A program made the position numbers and the translations under genes. From a virus (lineage: Duplodnaviria; Caudoviricetes), in the IMG/VR virus record IMGVR_UViG_2551306416_000003, positions 444 through 64,443 of that record: a stretch of 64,000 nucleotides of DNA; one strand, 5' to 3'. The first letter of the stretch is position 1, and each line of letters begins with the position of its first letter. The notes under the pieces are model-generated. The model was not told where the DNA came from, ran no database searches, and saw only the letters and a list, made by a program, of their open reading frames with translations. Below are positions 20,343 through 28,419 of this stretch, piece by piece.

Positions 20343-20756
20343 ATGAATCCGAACTTGGAACAAGCTCTTTTCTCAATCTCTTCGAATCAGGAGAAAAGTT
20401 CGGGGGACTATGACGAGAAAGCACTATTGGCTGTCGTGGAAGAATTTGGCCTTCCCGATCTCGGAGACCGAATTTACACAGAGATTCCTCCCACGGTTCC
20501 CTTTGAGCTCGTTTGCATACTCTTCGATCTGCTTGCTTGGAGAACCGATGACAATGGCTCCAGCGTTAGGCGCGCAACTGAACGTTGGCTCATAGAGGGC
20601 AGGGATGAGCGAAGAATGCTAATTGCACTGCATCTTGAAGCGTACCCGTTCATCTCCGAGAAAGAGATGGTAGAGGTGTTATCCAAGCTGAAATCGACTA
20701 ATCCACAGATCACACACCGTTGCGCGGAGCACGTACGGATGCGAAACGGTTTGTGA
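20343..20756 (+). CDS. Cassette gene 6, hypothetical immunity-like protein
   Basis: 137 aa, LAWRTDDNGSSVRRATERWL; flanked by repeats. Confidence 0.7.
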   Translation: MNPNLEQALFSISSNQEKSSGDYDEKALLAVVEEFGLPDLGDRIYTEIPPTVPFELVCILFDLLAWRTDDNGSSVRRATERWLIEGRDERRMLIALHLEAYPFISEKEMVEVLSKLKSTNPQITHRCAEHVRMRNGL

Positions 20757-20849
20757 AGCTAGCACCAGCACTCGCAATACAGCGCGGATGTCCGCAACCG
20801 GCCAGAAGCAGACAGGCGCAGTTTTTAGATCATACGTAGAACAGAAAAA

Positions 20850-21314
20850 ATGACGATCATAAAAAAGCAGTTCGTTCCGCTGGTGAGTAACGAAGCCATA
20901 GCTTCCTTCGAAATGGAGCTTGGGTATCAACTGCCCACTACTTATCGCAATTTTCTTTTGAAGTACAACGGTGGAGAGCCTTTCAATTGCGGGGTAATTT
21001 CATCCGATGGCTTTTACGGTGACGTATCCATTCGCTATTTCTTCTCGGTGTCACAAAATCCAACGTTCGGTCTAGCTCATAAATACGCAATCTATTCAGG
21101 CGCGGGCCGAACACCTAGGGAAATGCTGCCTGTAGGCGGTGATGTAGGTGGAAACCTAATCTTGCTGGCTCTGGCGGGGTCGCAACTCGGCAGCGTTTTC
21201 TTTTGGGATCACGACATCGAGGGATTGGTTGATGATCCGAATTCACCGAGACATCTCAGACTTCTGGCGGATACATTTGACGGGTTCATCGCAGGGCTGA
21301 GCCCGACTTCTTGA
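20850..21314 (+). CDS. Cassette gene 7, SMI1/KNR4 (SUKH) immunity protein
   Basis: IASFEMELGYQLPTTYRNFLLKYNGG...PVGGDVGGNLILL...GSVFFWDH...LADTFDGFI. Confidence 0.9.
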   Translation: MTIIKKQFVPLVSNEAIASFEMELGYQLPTTYRNFLLKYNGGEPFNCGVISSDGFYGDVSIRYFFSVSQNPTFGLAHKYAIYSGAGRTPREMLPVGGDVGGNLILLALAGSQLGSVFFWDHDIEGLVDDPNSPRHLRLLADTFDGFIAGLSPTS

Positions 21315-21400
21315 AACTGGTGCGGTATCACTTGTCCGCTTCCGGCCAATGTCCGCTATCGGCCAGAAGCAGACCATCATCCAAATGAAACCCAGTAATC

Positions 21401-21829
21401 ATGAATATACGTGAACTTGAGCAGCGTCTACATCAAGAAGGTTGTAACGGGGCCAACTACGCAATTGGGGAGCGAGGTACGGCCTCTGATGCCTTCTGTT
21501 TAACTAATAATGGCACGCAATGGATGGTGTACTACACGGAGCGAGGACAAGATACGGCTCCAATATATACATCTGGTAGTGAACATCAGGCTTGTGAGTT
21601 CTTTTTCACGCACATTATGGCGATGCGTCATGACCACTGCGTGGGATTCTATAAAAATAAAGCTAATGCCGAAGCTTTAATGGCCAGGTTGAATGTTATG
21701 AATATAGATGCTTGGCTCGATGAAATTCCGTTCGGAGGGCCTTCTGATCCGAGATTTCGCGTGTTTGTCCAAGGCAAAGCAATATTCGAAGTTAGAGACA
21801 CGCTTGGTATTTCACGACTTGAGGACTGA
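21401..21829 (+). CDS. Cassette gene 8, Imm59-like immunity protein with C-terminal extension
   Basis: YAIG....DAFCL....WMVYYTERG......SEHQACEFF. Confidence 0.65.
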   Translation: MNIRELEQRLHQEGCNGANYAIGERGTASDAFCLTNNGTQWMVYYTERGQDTAPIYTSGSEHQACEFFFTHIMAMRHDHCVGFYKNKANAEALMARLNVMNIDAWLDEIPFGGPSDPRFRVFVQGKAIFEVRDTLGISRLED

Positions 21830-21879
21830 CATCCGTGGTGGTCCGCAATCGGCCAGAAGCGGACCTTTTTAACTATTTT

Positions 21880-23466
21880 TCAGCTGATTCTGAAGGGTAG
21901 ATAACGGACAAATCCCGCCCCCGCAACCAGTTTTAGAGACATGCCGCTAGAAGCTAATAATAGTTTCTCAGCGGCATTGTTGTATTCAGCGTAGATATTC
22001 TCGCCCTCGGCGACGACATCGATCTTCCCATAAAGCTCGGCCACCAAAATGCGCGCCTGCTGCACGTCAGCGGCCAAGGCGCTTTCTAGGTTGGCCAGCG
22101 TCTTCCCGATCCTTTCCCCGATTTCTGCTGCAGACGGTCCGTCACTGCCGGCCTTTGGCTTGCTCGCCGCCAGTTGGCCACGCTCGGCCTCGGCCGCTCG
22201 CAGCCGATCCGCCAGAGCCTGAGAGGTACCAATGCTGGCAATGGCATCTACCAAGCGCTGAATTTCCCCATCCAGTTCCTTGCGCCGTCTGGCCGCTGTT
22301 GCGCCACCGCTCATACTGCTGCGCTGGTGCTCTGCCAGGATGGCTTGCACCTGCCGTCGCAACTGTTCCTGTGCGGCAGGGGAGAGCAGCTCATCGCGCA
22401 AGGTTTCCAGCAGGTTCTTGTCGGCGGTCTCTCGCTTGAAGTGAATGCCTTTGCAAACCGTTGGCCCGCGATCCTTTCTATTAGCGCAGCCATACAACCG
22501 GGAGTTGATGGCTATGATGGCACCCCGGCAATACGGGCAGGCCATCAGGCCGCCAAACAAGGTCCGTACCGGCGCTCCCTGTTTGCGGCCAGGTAGCCGG
22601 CCATCGATCCGCTTGCGCACGGTCTGCCACAGATCTTCATCGACGATGCGCAGCTCAGGCACCTGAATTTCTCGCCAATCCTCACGCGGTCGGTCCACTC
22701 GTTGCCGCTTGCCGGTGTCTGGATCTTTCACCCACTGCGAGCGGTTCCAGATATACAGACCCTGATACAGGCAGTTGTTGAGAATGCCGCTGCCCTTGTT
22801 GGGCGAGCCGTAGATGGCCGATACCACCCAGGTGCTGGCGCGCGGGGAGGGGACTTTGCGGGCGTTGAGTTCATGGGCGATACGCTGCACGCTCCAGCCT
22901 TCGGCATAGCGCCCGAAGATCCAGCGTACCCAGCCGGCCTGAACATCGTTGACCTGATACTTGCTGCCGAGGTGGTCGCGCACGATGTCATAGCCATAGG
23001 ACTTGCCGCCAGCGGCATAGCCGCGTTCGACCTGGCCGGCCTGGCCACGGTGCGTCTTGTGGCGCAGGTCATCGAGGAACATCTCGTTGATGAGCCCGCG
23101 CACGCCGCGCATGATCTTGCGGCCACCCATGCGACTGTCGTAGCTGTCGGCCACGCCGATGATGACGATGCCGCGATGCTCCAGGCGGCGCACCAGTTGC
23201 TCTTGCTCGACCTGGTCACGCGACAGACGGTCCAGGCCTTCCACGATCAACACATCGAAACGACCATTGAACGCATCCATGAGCAGCCGCGCGCCGCCAG
23301 CGCGGCGGGCTACCGGCGTGGAGCCGGATACCCCGTCATCACTGTAGCGCTGGGCCACGTCGAGATCTTCACGCTCGGCGCGCCGGGCGCAGATGGTGAA
23401 TTGATCCTCGATGGAGGCCTCGCGCTGCTTGTCGGTGCTATAGCGTGCGTAGATCGCTGCTTTCAT
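21880..23466 (-). CDS. Large serine recombinase (integrase of prophage 2)
   Basis: MKAAIYARYSTDKQ...DDGVSG...EGLDRLSRD, recombinase domain, CPYC...C zinc ribbon, coiled coil. Confidence 0.95.
   Translation of the reverse strand: MKAAIYARYSTDKQREASIEDQFTICARRAEREDLDVAQRYSDDGVSGSTPVARRAGGARLLMDAFNGRFDVLIVEGLDRLSRDQVEQEQLVRRLEHRGIVIIGVADSYDSRMGGRKIMRGVRGLINEMFLDDLRHKTHRGQAGQVERGYAAGGKSYGYDIVRDHLGSKYQVNDVQAGWVRWIFGRYAEGWSVQRIAHELNARKVPSPRASTWVVSAIYGSPNKGSGILNNCLYQGLYIWNRSQWVKDPDTGKRQRVDRPREDWREIQVPELRIVDEDLWQTVRKRIDGRLPGRKQGAPVRTLFGGLMACPYCRGAIIAINSRLYGCANRKDRGPTVCKGIHFKRETADKNLLETLRDELLSPAAQEQLRRQVQAILAEHQRSSMSGGATAARRRKELDGEIQRLVDAIASIGTSQALADRLRAAEAERGQLAASKPKAGSDGPSAAEIGERIGKTLANLESALAADVQQARILVAELYGKIDVVAEGENIYAEYNNAAEKLLLASSGMSLKLVAGAGFVRYLPFRIS
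21908..22064. repeat. ~155-bp direct repeat with 60691-60845, starting at the putative att core
   Basis: Identical first 49 bp, then scattered substitutions and a 2-nt gap. Confidence 0.92.
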
Positions 23467-23605
23467 GGTGCTGTATATAGAGTGCTTTTTCGGTTTCATC
23501 ATCGCCGGATAGTTCCGGCGCCTGCTGCAGAACTTCGTTTGCCACCTGCTCGGCCAGCATTCGTAGAAGCTGGCCCCAGGCGGTTGGATTTTTAATTGCG
23601 AGCAT
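23438..23605 (-). CDS. 55-aa ORF missed by the track; candidate recombination directionality factor
   Basis: Manual translation MLAIKNPTAWGQLLRMLAEQVANEVLQQAPELSGDDETEKALYIQHHESSDLRTL*; overlaps both neighbours; occupies the xis position. Confidence 0.45.
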   Translation of the reverse strand: MLAIKNPTAWGQLLRMLAEQVANEVLQQAPELSGDDETEKALYIQHHESSDLRTL

Positions 23606-23951
23606 CCATTCTCCCCCTGTCGATAATGTTGGCGCTGTAGTCGCTCAGGCACAGACGTCTAGCTTCGCGGTTCGGAGTATTGCGGCGCAGGTCTCCGGCA
23701 TCATCGCAAGTGAGGATGTCTGCCAACGGCACGCCGCGGAACAGCCCGGCGGGCTCGTTGTCGAGCTCGACCCAGGCGAATCGCTGACCGTTGCCCAGGT
23801 GCTGACGAATGACCGACACATAGCCGGCCAGCACGCCATCGTCGGGCGTGTTGAACGTGATGCGGTCCAGGGACTGCGGGGGCTGCATCACGAAGTCACG
23901 CGGCTTGCTGCTGGTGGTGGCGATCACATCAAATTTCACGGGTGCATTCAT
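23592..23951 (-). CDS. Phage hypothetical protein
   Basis: Paralog of 3355-3720. Confidence 0.7.
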   Translation of the reverse strand: MNAPVKFDVIATTSSKPRDFVMQPPQSLDRITFNTPDDGVLAGYVSVIRQHLGNGQRFAWVELDNEPAGLFRGVPLADILTCDDAGDLRRNTPNREARRLCLSDYSANIIDRGRMDARN

Positions 23952-24094
23952 TGCTTCTTCTCCTTGGTGGCCGTTACAGAGCACACGCCAAAGCGATCGA
24001 CGGCGGCGGCGATCACGTCGCAGCTATGGGCTGCGATGGCGGTGTAGGAATGGCGTGCGCTGGCAGTGCGCACGACGACACGAAACGCTGTCAT
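23948..24094 (-). CDS. Small phage hypothetical protein
   Basis: Paralog of 3717-3863; ATGA overlap with the gpA stop. Confidence 0.65.
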   Translation of the reverse strand: MTAFRVVVRTASARHSYTAIAAHSCDVIAAAVDRFGVCSVTATKEKKQ

Positions 24095-26142
24095 GGGGCG
24101 TTCCCTTTCGTTGGGTTGGGATTAATCGGAAGTTCGGTCACATCGAGCCGGCCGGCGCGCCAGTCGGCGACCTGGCGCGGCGTGCCGCGGCGCGGGGACT
24201 TGTCCGGCACAGGCACCACGCGTGGCCAGGGGCACGCCTTGATGGCATCCCAGGCCGCCAGTGCGCGGCGCTGCTCATCGGCGGTCACGGCTGGCCCTGG
24301 CCATGCCGGCATGTCGTTGACCACTGGTCGAGGCCAGGGACATGCGCCCAGGGCGAGCCAGGCATGATCGATCTGCGCGGCCTGGTCGGGCTGGAACATG
24401 ACCGGTGCGGGCGCCGCTTTCGGCTCGAAGGACGCATCGGCCGCAAAGTCAGGCGTGGCGGGCTGCGTACAGTTATTTACACGAGTCCAAGGGAACCCCG
24501 ACCCCGCCGATGCGCGGGCGTCGTGCCCTTGAACTGGCGTCCATGTATGCCGAACCGATTTAAAAACCACTCCGGCCATTTGGCGGCACTGCACGCCATA
24601 GGGCATGACGCGTTCACACTCTTCATAGCGGCCGGTCACGGTCTTGGTTTCCTTGGCCAGGGTGACCATCAGATCGTCACGCTTCACGATGGCACCACCT
24701 TGAGCCCGCAGATAGCTGGCCCAGCACGCACGCTTCTCGCCTTCGATCTTCTGGACAGCATCCCAGGCGGCGGCCATCGCCGGAGGCGCCTCTTGCACCA
24801 TGTCTGCCGGCACGCGGCGCAGCTCGCGCCACACGCTCACAGGCGCGCCACCCCACTGCTGGAATTGACGAATGCCCCAACGGGCGGCCCAGGCTTCCAC
24901 GCGGGCCGATGGCGTCAGTTCATAGTCGCCGGCTGTGTCGGTGGTGACCACATAGCCTTCTTTGGTCTTGTGGTCAGCCACGCCATCGATATTCTTGGCG
25001 ACGTATTTGGCGATATAGCCAGCAGCGCTTCCCTTTGACCAGTCGATGCGCTTTACATCAAGGCGACGCTTGAATGCACCCGGCTCACCACGATCCACGC
25101 GCCAGGCATATCTCTTCATGACGCGGATAGCACGGCTGGCCACGTCCTTGACGTGGGGCGTGGTGTAGTTCGGCAGAGCGCGCACGAATACCAGCATGTG
25201 CCAGTGCGGACATCCATCGTGATGCGGTTCAGCGATGCGGAAACCGTACAGGCCGATACCGCGCCGGGCCAGCGCCGAGCGCGCCAGCGCAGTCATCTTG
25301 CCAAGGTACTTATTGGCCGTGCGTGGGTCCGAGCCGTCATATTTGGGATTCGGCTTGCCCGTGTGCAGAGTGGCATGGAAGCGTGACGGGCAGGACCAGG
25401 TGAGAAACAGCCCCTGGTCGTTGCATTCCTTCGCGATCATCTCGAAGCCATTGATGCGCAGCATGAGTTCGCCGCGGCGAATGGTCTTATTGGCCGTGGT
25501 CTTCTCGGCCAGCTCGGCGATGCTGAATTCCTGGCCCGCCTCATTGCGCACAATGGTGGCTTCCAGCGCGGCAGCATTTCGCTTGTTCTGGGCCAGGCGA
25601 GACAGTACGGCGTCATTACTGGCATAGGGCTCGCCGTGATAGTGCACATAGCCCAGGCGGATATTGCCGCCCTCAAAGGCGCGGCCGACTACCTTGCGGA
25701 GTTGCCGGCGCCACCAGCGCGGATCCACGACACGCGCAATGATGGCGCGCAAGTCGTCATCGTCCACTTCAGGCATATCAATGCCGTAGTCGCTGCATTC
25801 TTGTTCGATGAGGTCGCGTGCGTGGGTATCAGAAATCGCCTTCCATAAGACCTTCTTGACGTTCTCTGCGGCTTTCTCGGCCGTAGTGCAAATATCCGCG
25901 TCATCCTGCGACAAATCGACGCCGGCCGGCACGTACTGCTCAGCAAAGTCACGGACGAACTCGACGGCCACCGGCTCGAAGATGCGGCGCCAGTGCCAGA
26001 CCGACATCAGCTCTAGAGCTTCGCTGACCACGCGGCCACGCCACTTCAACGGGATGCGTGCCAGCTCCCTGGCGAACTGCGGCGACTCGGTGAACGCCCT
26101 ATGCTGGCGCCGGGTCTTCGCATCGACTTTCCTATACTGCAT
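24091..26142 (-). CDS. P2-type replication endonuclease gpA
   Basis: Same HUH, tyrosine and ori motifs as copy 1. Confidence 0.95.
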   Translation of the reverse strand: MQYRKVDAKTRRQHRAFTESPQFARELARIPLKWRGRVVSEALELMSVWHWRRIFEPVAVEFVRDFAEQYVPAGVDLSQDDADICTTAEKAAENVKKVLWKAISDTHARDLIEQECSDYGIDMPEVDDDDLRAIIARVVDPRWWRRQLRKVVGRAFEGGNIRLGYVHYHGEPYASNDAVLSRLAQNKRNAAALEATIVRNEAGQEFSIAELAEKTTANKTIRRGELMLRINGFEMIAKECNDQGLFLTWSCPSRFHATLHTGKPNPKYDGSDPRTANKYLGKMTALARSALARRGIGLYGFRIAEPHHDGCPHWHMLVFVRALPNYTTPHVKDVASRAIRVMKRYAWRVDRGEPGAFKRRLDVKRIDWSKGSAAGYIAKYVAKNIDGVADHKTKEGYVVTTDTAGDYELTPSARVEAWAARWGIRQFQQWGGAPVSVWRELRRVPADMVQEAPPAMAAAWDAVQKIEGEKRACWASYLRAQGGAIVKRDDLMVTLAKETKTVTGRYEECERVMPYGVQCRQMAGVVFKSVRHTWTPVQGHDARASAGSGFPWTRVNNCTQPATPDFAADASFEPKAAPAPVMFQPDQAAQIDHAWLALGACPWPRPVVNDMPAWPGPAVTADEQRRALAAWDAIKACPWPRVVPVPDKSPRRGTPRQVADWRAGRLDVTELPINPNPTKGNAP

Positions 26143-26485
26143 TGAGCGCTCTTTCATAGGTCGTAATGGCACGCAGCACGGCATGGCGCATGGCTAGGCG
26201 TTCGGCTTCGGTGAAGGAGTGAATGGGAGATTCCCAGCGATCCGGCGAGAGTCCCGCCAGTGCCAGGATGTGTCGGCGTACCGGCTTGGCCGTGGCCGCC
26301 CAGGAATAGGCGACGCCAATCTGATGATTGGGCCGCTTGCGCGTGCGCAGCAGCGTCATGGCTTTTTCCAATTCAGCCTTAGCTGCCTCATCGCCAGGTG
26401 GCGTCGGCGCGAGTGCCGCACGCTCGCGCAGCAGATCCGTGACGGGACGGAATGACGCATGGTCCTTGATTCGGGCGCCGCGCAT
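26132..26485 (-). CDS. Phage early hypothetical protein
   Basis: Paralog of 5900-6253. Confidence 0.7.
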   Translation of the reverse strand: MRGARIKDHASFRPVTDLLRERAALAPTPPGDEAAKAELEKAMTLLRTRKRPNHQIGVAYSWAATAKPVRRHILALAGLSPDRWESPIHSFTEAERLAMRHAVLRAITTYERALNAV

Positions 26486-26487
26486 GG

Positions 26488-26574
26488 TCAGCCTTTCACC
26501 AGGCCGAGGGCCGACAACAATGCTGGGGCGAGTAGCAGTAAAGCCGCTACGCAGTGGGCAAATACGGTTCGCAT
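26488..26574 (-). CDS. 28-aa hydrophobic peptide
   Basis: Paralog of 6256-6342. Confidence 0.5.
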   Translation of the reverse strand: MRTVFAHCVAALLLLAPALLSALGLVKG

Positions 26575-26780
26575 TACCATTCCCCCAGCAGACCGCCCAG
26601 GATCTGAAGCCGCGATGCAAGACGCTTGCCGATGACGTTCCTCCCTTCCCAAATCACGTCCCATTGGAGGCCAGTGATAGAGCGGCGGTACAGCATTTTC
26701 TGTGCGCAAAGGTACGCGGCCAGATCATCGTTGAAATACTGCCTGATGACATCCTTTGCATTCAGATTCGCAGTGGTCAT
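26574..26780 (-). CDS. Phage early hypothetical protein
   Basis: Paralog of 6342-6563. Confidence 0.6.
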   Translation of the reverse strand: MTTANLNAKDVIRQYFNDDLAAYLCAQKMLYRRSITGLQWDVIWEGRNVIGKRLASRLQILGGLLGEW

Positions 26781-26859
26781 GATTTTTTAGGGTGAGCGAA
26801 TCCCGCGCGCGCCAATTGGCGCACGGCAGGTTTTGATTTATCGGGAGTTGGGCGGCTGC

Positions 26860-27120
26860 TTAAGCGGTCGCGAGGTCTAACGTCATTTGGTTCTTCGCAG
26901 CCAGAAACGCGCGCGAAGAGATCGGAATGCGCACTTCCGGGTTCGGCATGGCCGACATCGACACGGTGCGCGAAACTTCAAGCGTGGCCACGAAGGTGTG
27001 GCCGCACTCGACGTTCTGGCACTGGTAGGTGATTTCCTTCATCATCAACGACATGGTACGGCTCTTAGCCGCTCTCACACGATGTTGGCAGTGTGGGCAT
27101 GGAATGCTGATTACGCGCAT
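26860..27120 (-). CDS. ogr: Ogr/Delta-family late activator
   Basis: CPHC...YQCQNVECGHTFVATLE. Confidence 0.92.
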   Translation of the reverse strand: MRVISIPCPHCQHRVRAAKSRTMSLMMKEITYQCQNVECGHTFVATLEVSRTVSMSAMPNPEVRIPISSRAFLAAKNQMTLDLATA

Positions 27121-27308
27121 GGCTTCTTCCCCTCAACGGCATAAAGCACTCTTGCCTTGCCGGTAACACGCTTTGCACCTTCACGAACCGCTGCGGAAAA
27201 AACGAACTCGGCGGCGTCTTCGATTGTCTCGAATCCCTCGCACGCCATCAGTATTTCCAATGCCTCAACGAGTGCAGGGCTTATCAGCGTCAGTTCGATA
27301 TCAGGCAT
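27111..27308 (-). CDS. Phage hypothetical protein
   Basis: Paralog of 6903-7103. Confidence 0.65.
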   Translation of the reverse strand: MPDIELTLISPALVEALEILMACEGFETIEDAAEFVFSAAVREGAKRVTGKARVLYAVEGKKPCA

Positions 27309-27543
27309 TTTGAGGCACTAAAAAGTGGCTCTTCAGCGCCTTGGTTTGCATGTTTTGATTGATTACTATGGGCACATCACGAGCAACAACGAATTCGACG
27401 GCCATATGCAGCATCATGTCGTGGGCCAAGGTCGCCAAGTTTTCGCCCTGCAGTTGGGCGAGCGACTTCATGAAAGCGTAGTTGTCGGCGTTGCAGCGGA
27501 TCACGATTCGGTGATCGCGGATGTGGCGCGGATCGTCGTACAT
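27301..27543 (-). CDS. Phage hypothetical protein
   Basis: Paralog of 7096-7338. Confidence 0.65.
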   Translation of the reverse strand: MYDDPRHIRDHRIVIRCNADNYAFMKSLAQLQGENLATLAHDMMLHMAVEFVVARDVPIVINQNMQTKALKSHFLVPQNA

Positions 27544-27556
27544 AGATTTCCCCTGG

Positions 27557-27781
27557 TCAGGCGGTTGCGGATTGGAGTTCTTTTTCGTAAACCTGAATAC
27601 CTTTCAGAACCATGAGGCGGAGAAAGGAGGAGCGAGTTCGATGGTCTTGAACCGCATAGACCGAGACTTTTTCCGCCTCGCGAGAATCCAGGCGGGTGGT
27701 CATAACCACCGATGTGACATCCCTGATAGCTGGAATGTCAGTTTCATTTCTTTGTGGCAACGAAATGGCGGATGTAGACAT
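27557..27781 (-). CDS. Ribbon-helix-helix-like early regulator
   Basis: Paralog of 7354-7554 (RTRSSFLRL). Confidence 0.6.
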   Translation of the reverse strand: MSTSAISLPQRNETDIPAIRDVTSVVMTTRLDSREAEKVSVYAVQDHRTRSSFLRLMVLKGIQVYEKELQSATA

Positions 27782-27857
27782 AGGGTAAAATTTGTATACG
27801 TCACTTAGCAATGACGGAAGCATAGTCAAATAAATCGTACCAGTCAACAGAATTAAT

Positions 27858-28295
27858 ATGGAAATTTTGCCCTATGGGGAGCGACTTAAGAGCGAACGGC
27901 TGCGGCTCGGCTTTTCGCAAGACGCCTTTGCGGCGCTCGGCGGAGTCAGAAAACAAACGCAAATTTCCTACGAGCAAGGAAAAACTCTCCCGGATATTGG
28001 CTTTATGGCCGCTGTCTCGAAGATCGGGGTAGATGTTTCATACGTGATATTTGGGATTCCAACTGCGGACGCTTTGACCGCTGATGAACAGCAGGTTCTC
28101 CAGGGATTTAGGCGGCTCGACCTTATCGGCAAAGCTCGCGTGCTCGGCGTTATCGAAGGCGCGGCTCCAGCGGAGGTCGGTCGCAAAAACGCCTCACACA
28201 TAACCGTCGGTGGCAGCATCGGTCAGCATATTGTTGGCGATATTCACGGGACGCTCCAAGGCCCAGTCATGGGCAACAAAATAGAGAAGAAGTAA
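27858..28295 (+). CDS. XRE-family CI-like repressor of prophage 2
   Basis: ERLKSERLRLGFSQDAFAALGGVRKQTQISYEQG HTH. Confidence 0.92.
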   Translation: MEILPYGERLKSERLRLGFSQDAFAALGGVRKQTQISYEQGKTLPDIGFMAAVSKIGVDVSYVIFGIPTADALTADEQQVLQGFRRLDLIGKARVLGVIEGAAPAEVGRKNASHITVGGSIGQHIVGDIHGTLQGPVMGNKIEKK

Positions 28296-28419
28296 AAAAG
28301 AATATCGGTGTAGGGGTGCCGATTTCCGTTTGCGCGCGTGCTCGGAAGCTGCGCGAGTTTCAATTTGCCGTGACGCGTGATAGGAAGTTACGTCGAAGGT
28401 GTTAATAAGTAGGTTTTGA

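Larger units (their letters stand above)
16706..21864 (+). repeat. Array of ~10 co-oriented 24-bp hairpin repeats separating genes
   Basis: GTCYGC-WWYCGGCCARAA-GCRGAC-like copies at 16706, 17246, 17439, 18118, 18643, 19616, 20283, 20790, 21351 and 21841; partial copies at 16761, 17468 and 21334. Confidence 0.92.
1812..21876. mobile_element. Element 1: virion-less P2-like element with cargo, inserted at tRNA-Ser (right boundary uncertain)
   Basis: int-xis-gpA-ogr-repressor synteny with prophage 2, cos copy at 13678, no capsid/tail/lysis genes. Confidence 0.8.

Noticed and set aside
16706-21864. CRISPR array interpretation of the hairpin repeats
   Set aside because: Spacers are hundreds of bp, irregular and gene-containing; repeats are degenerate; no cas genes
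21908-21929. tRNA-fMet gene at the att-like core
   Set aside because: Only the T-loop-to-CCA portion resembles a tRNA; the upstream sequence does not fold
23467-23652. 62-aa N-terminal extension of the serine recombinase in the ORF track
   Set aside because: The family starts at MKAAIYARYS; the extension overlaps other plausible genes
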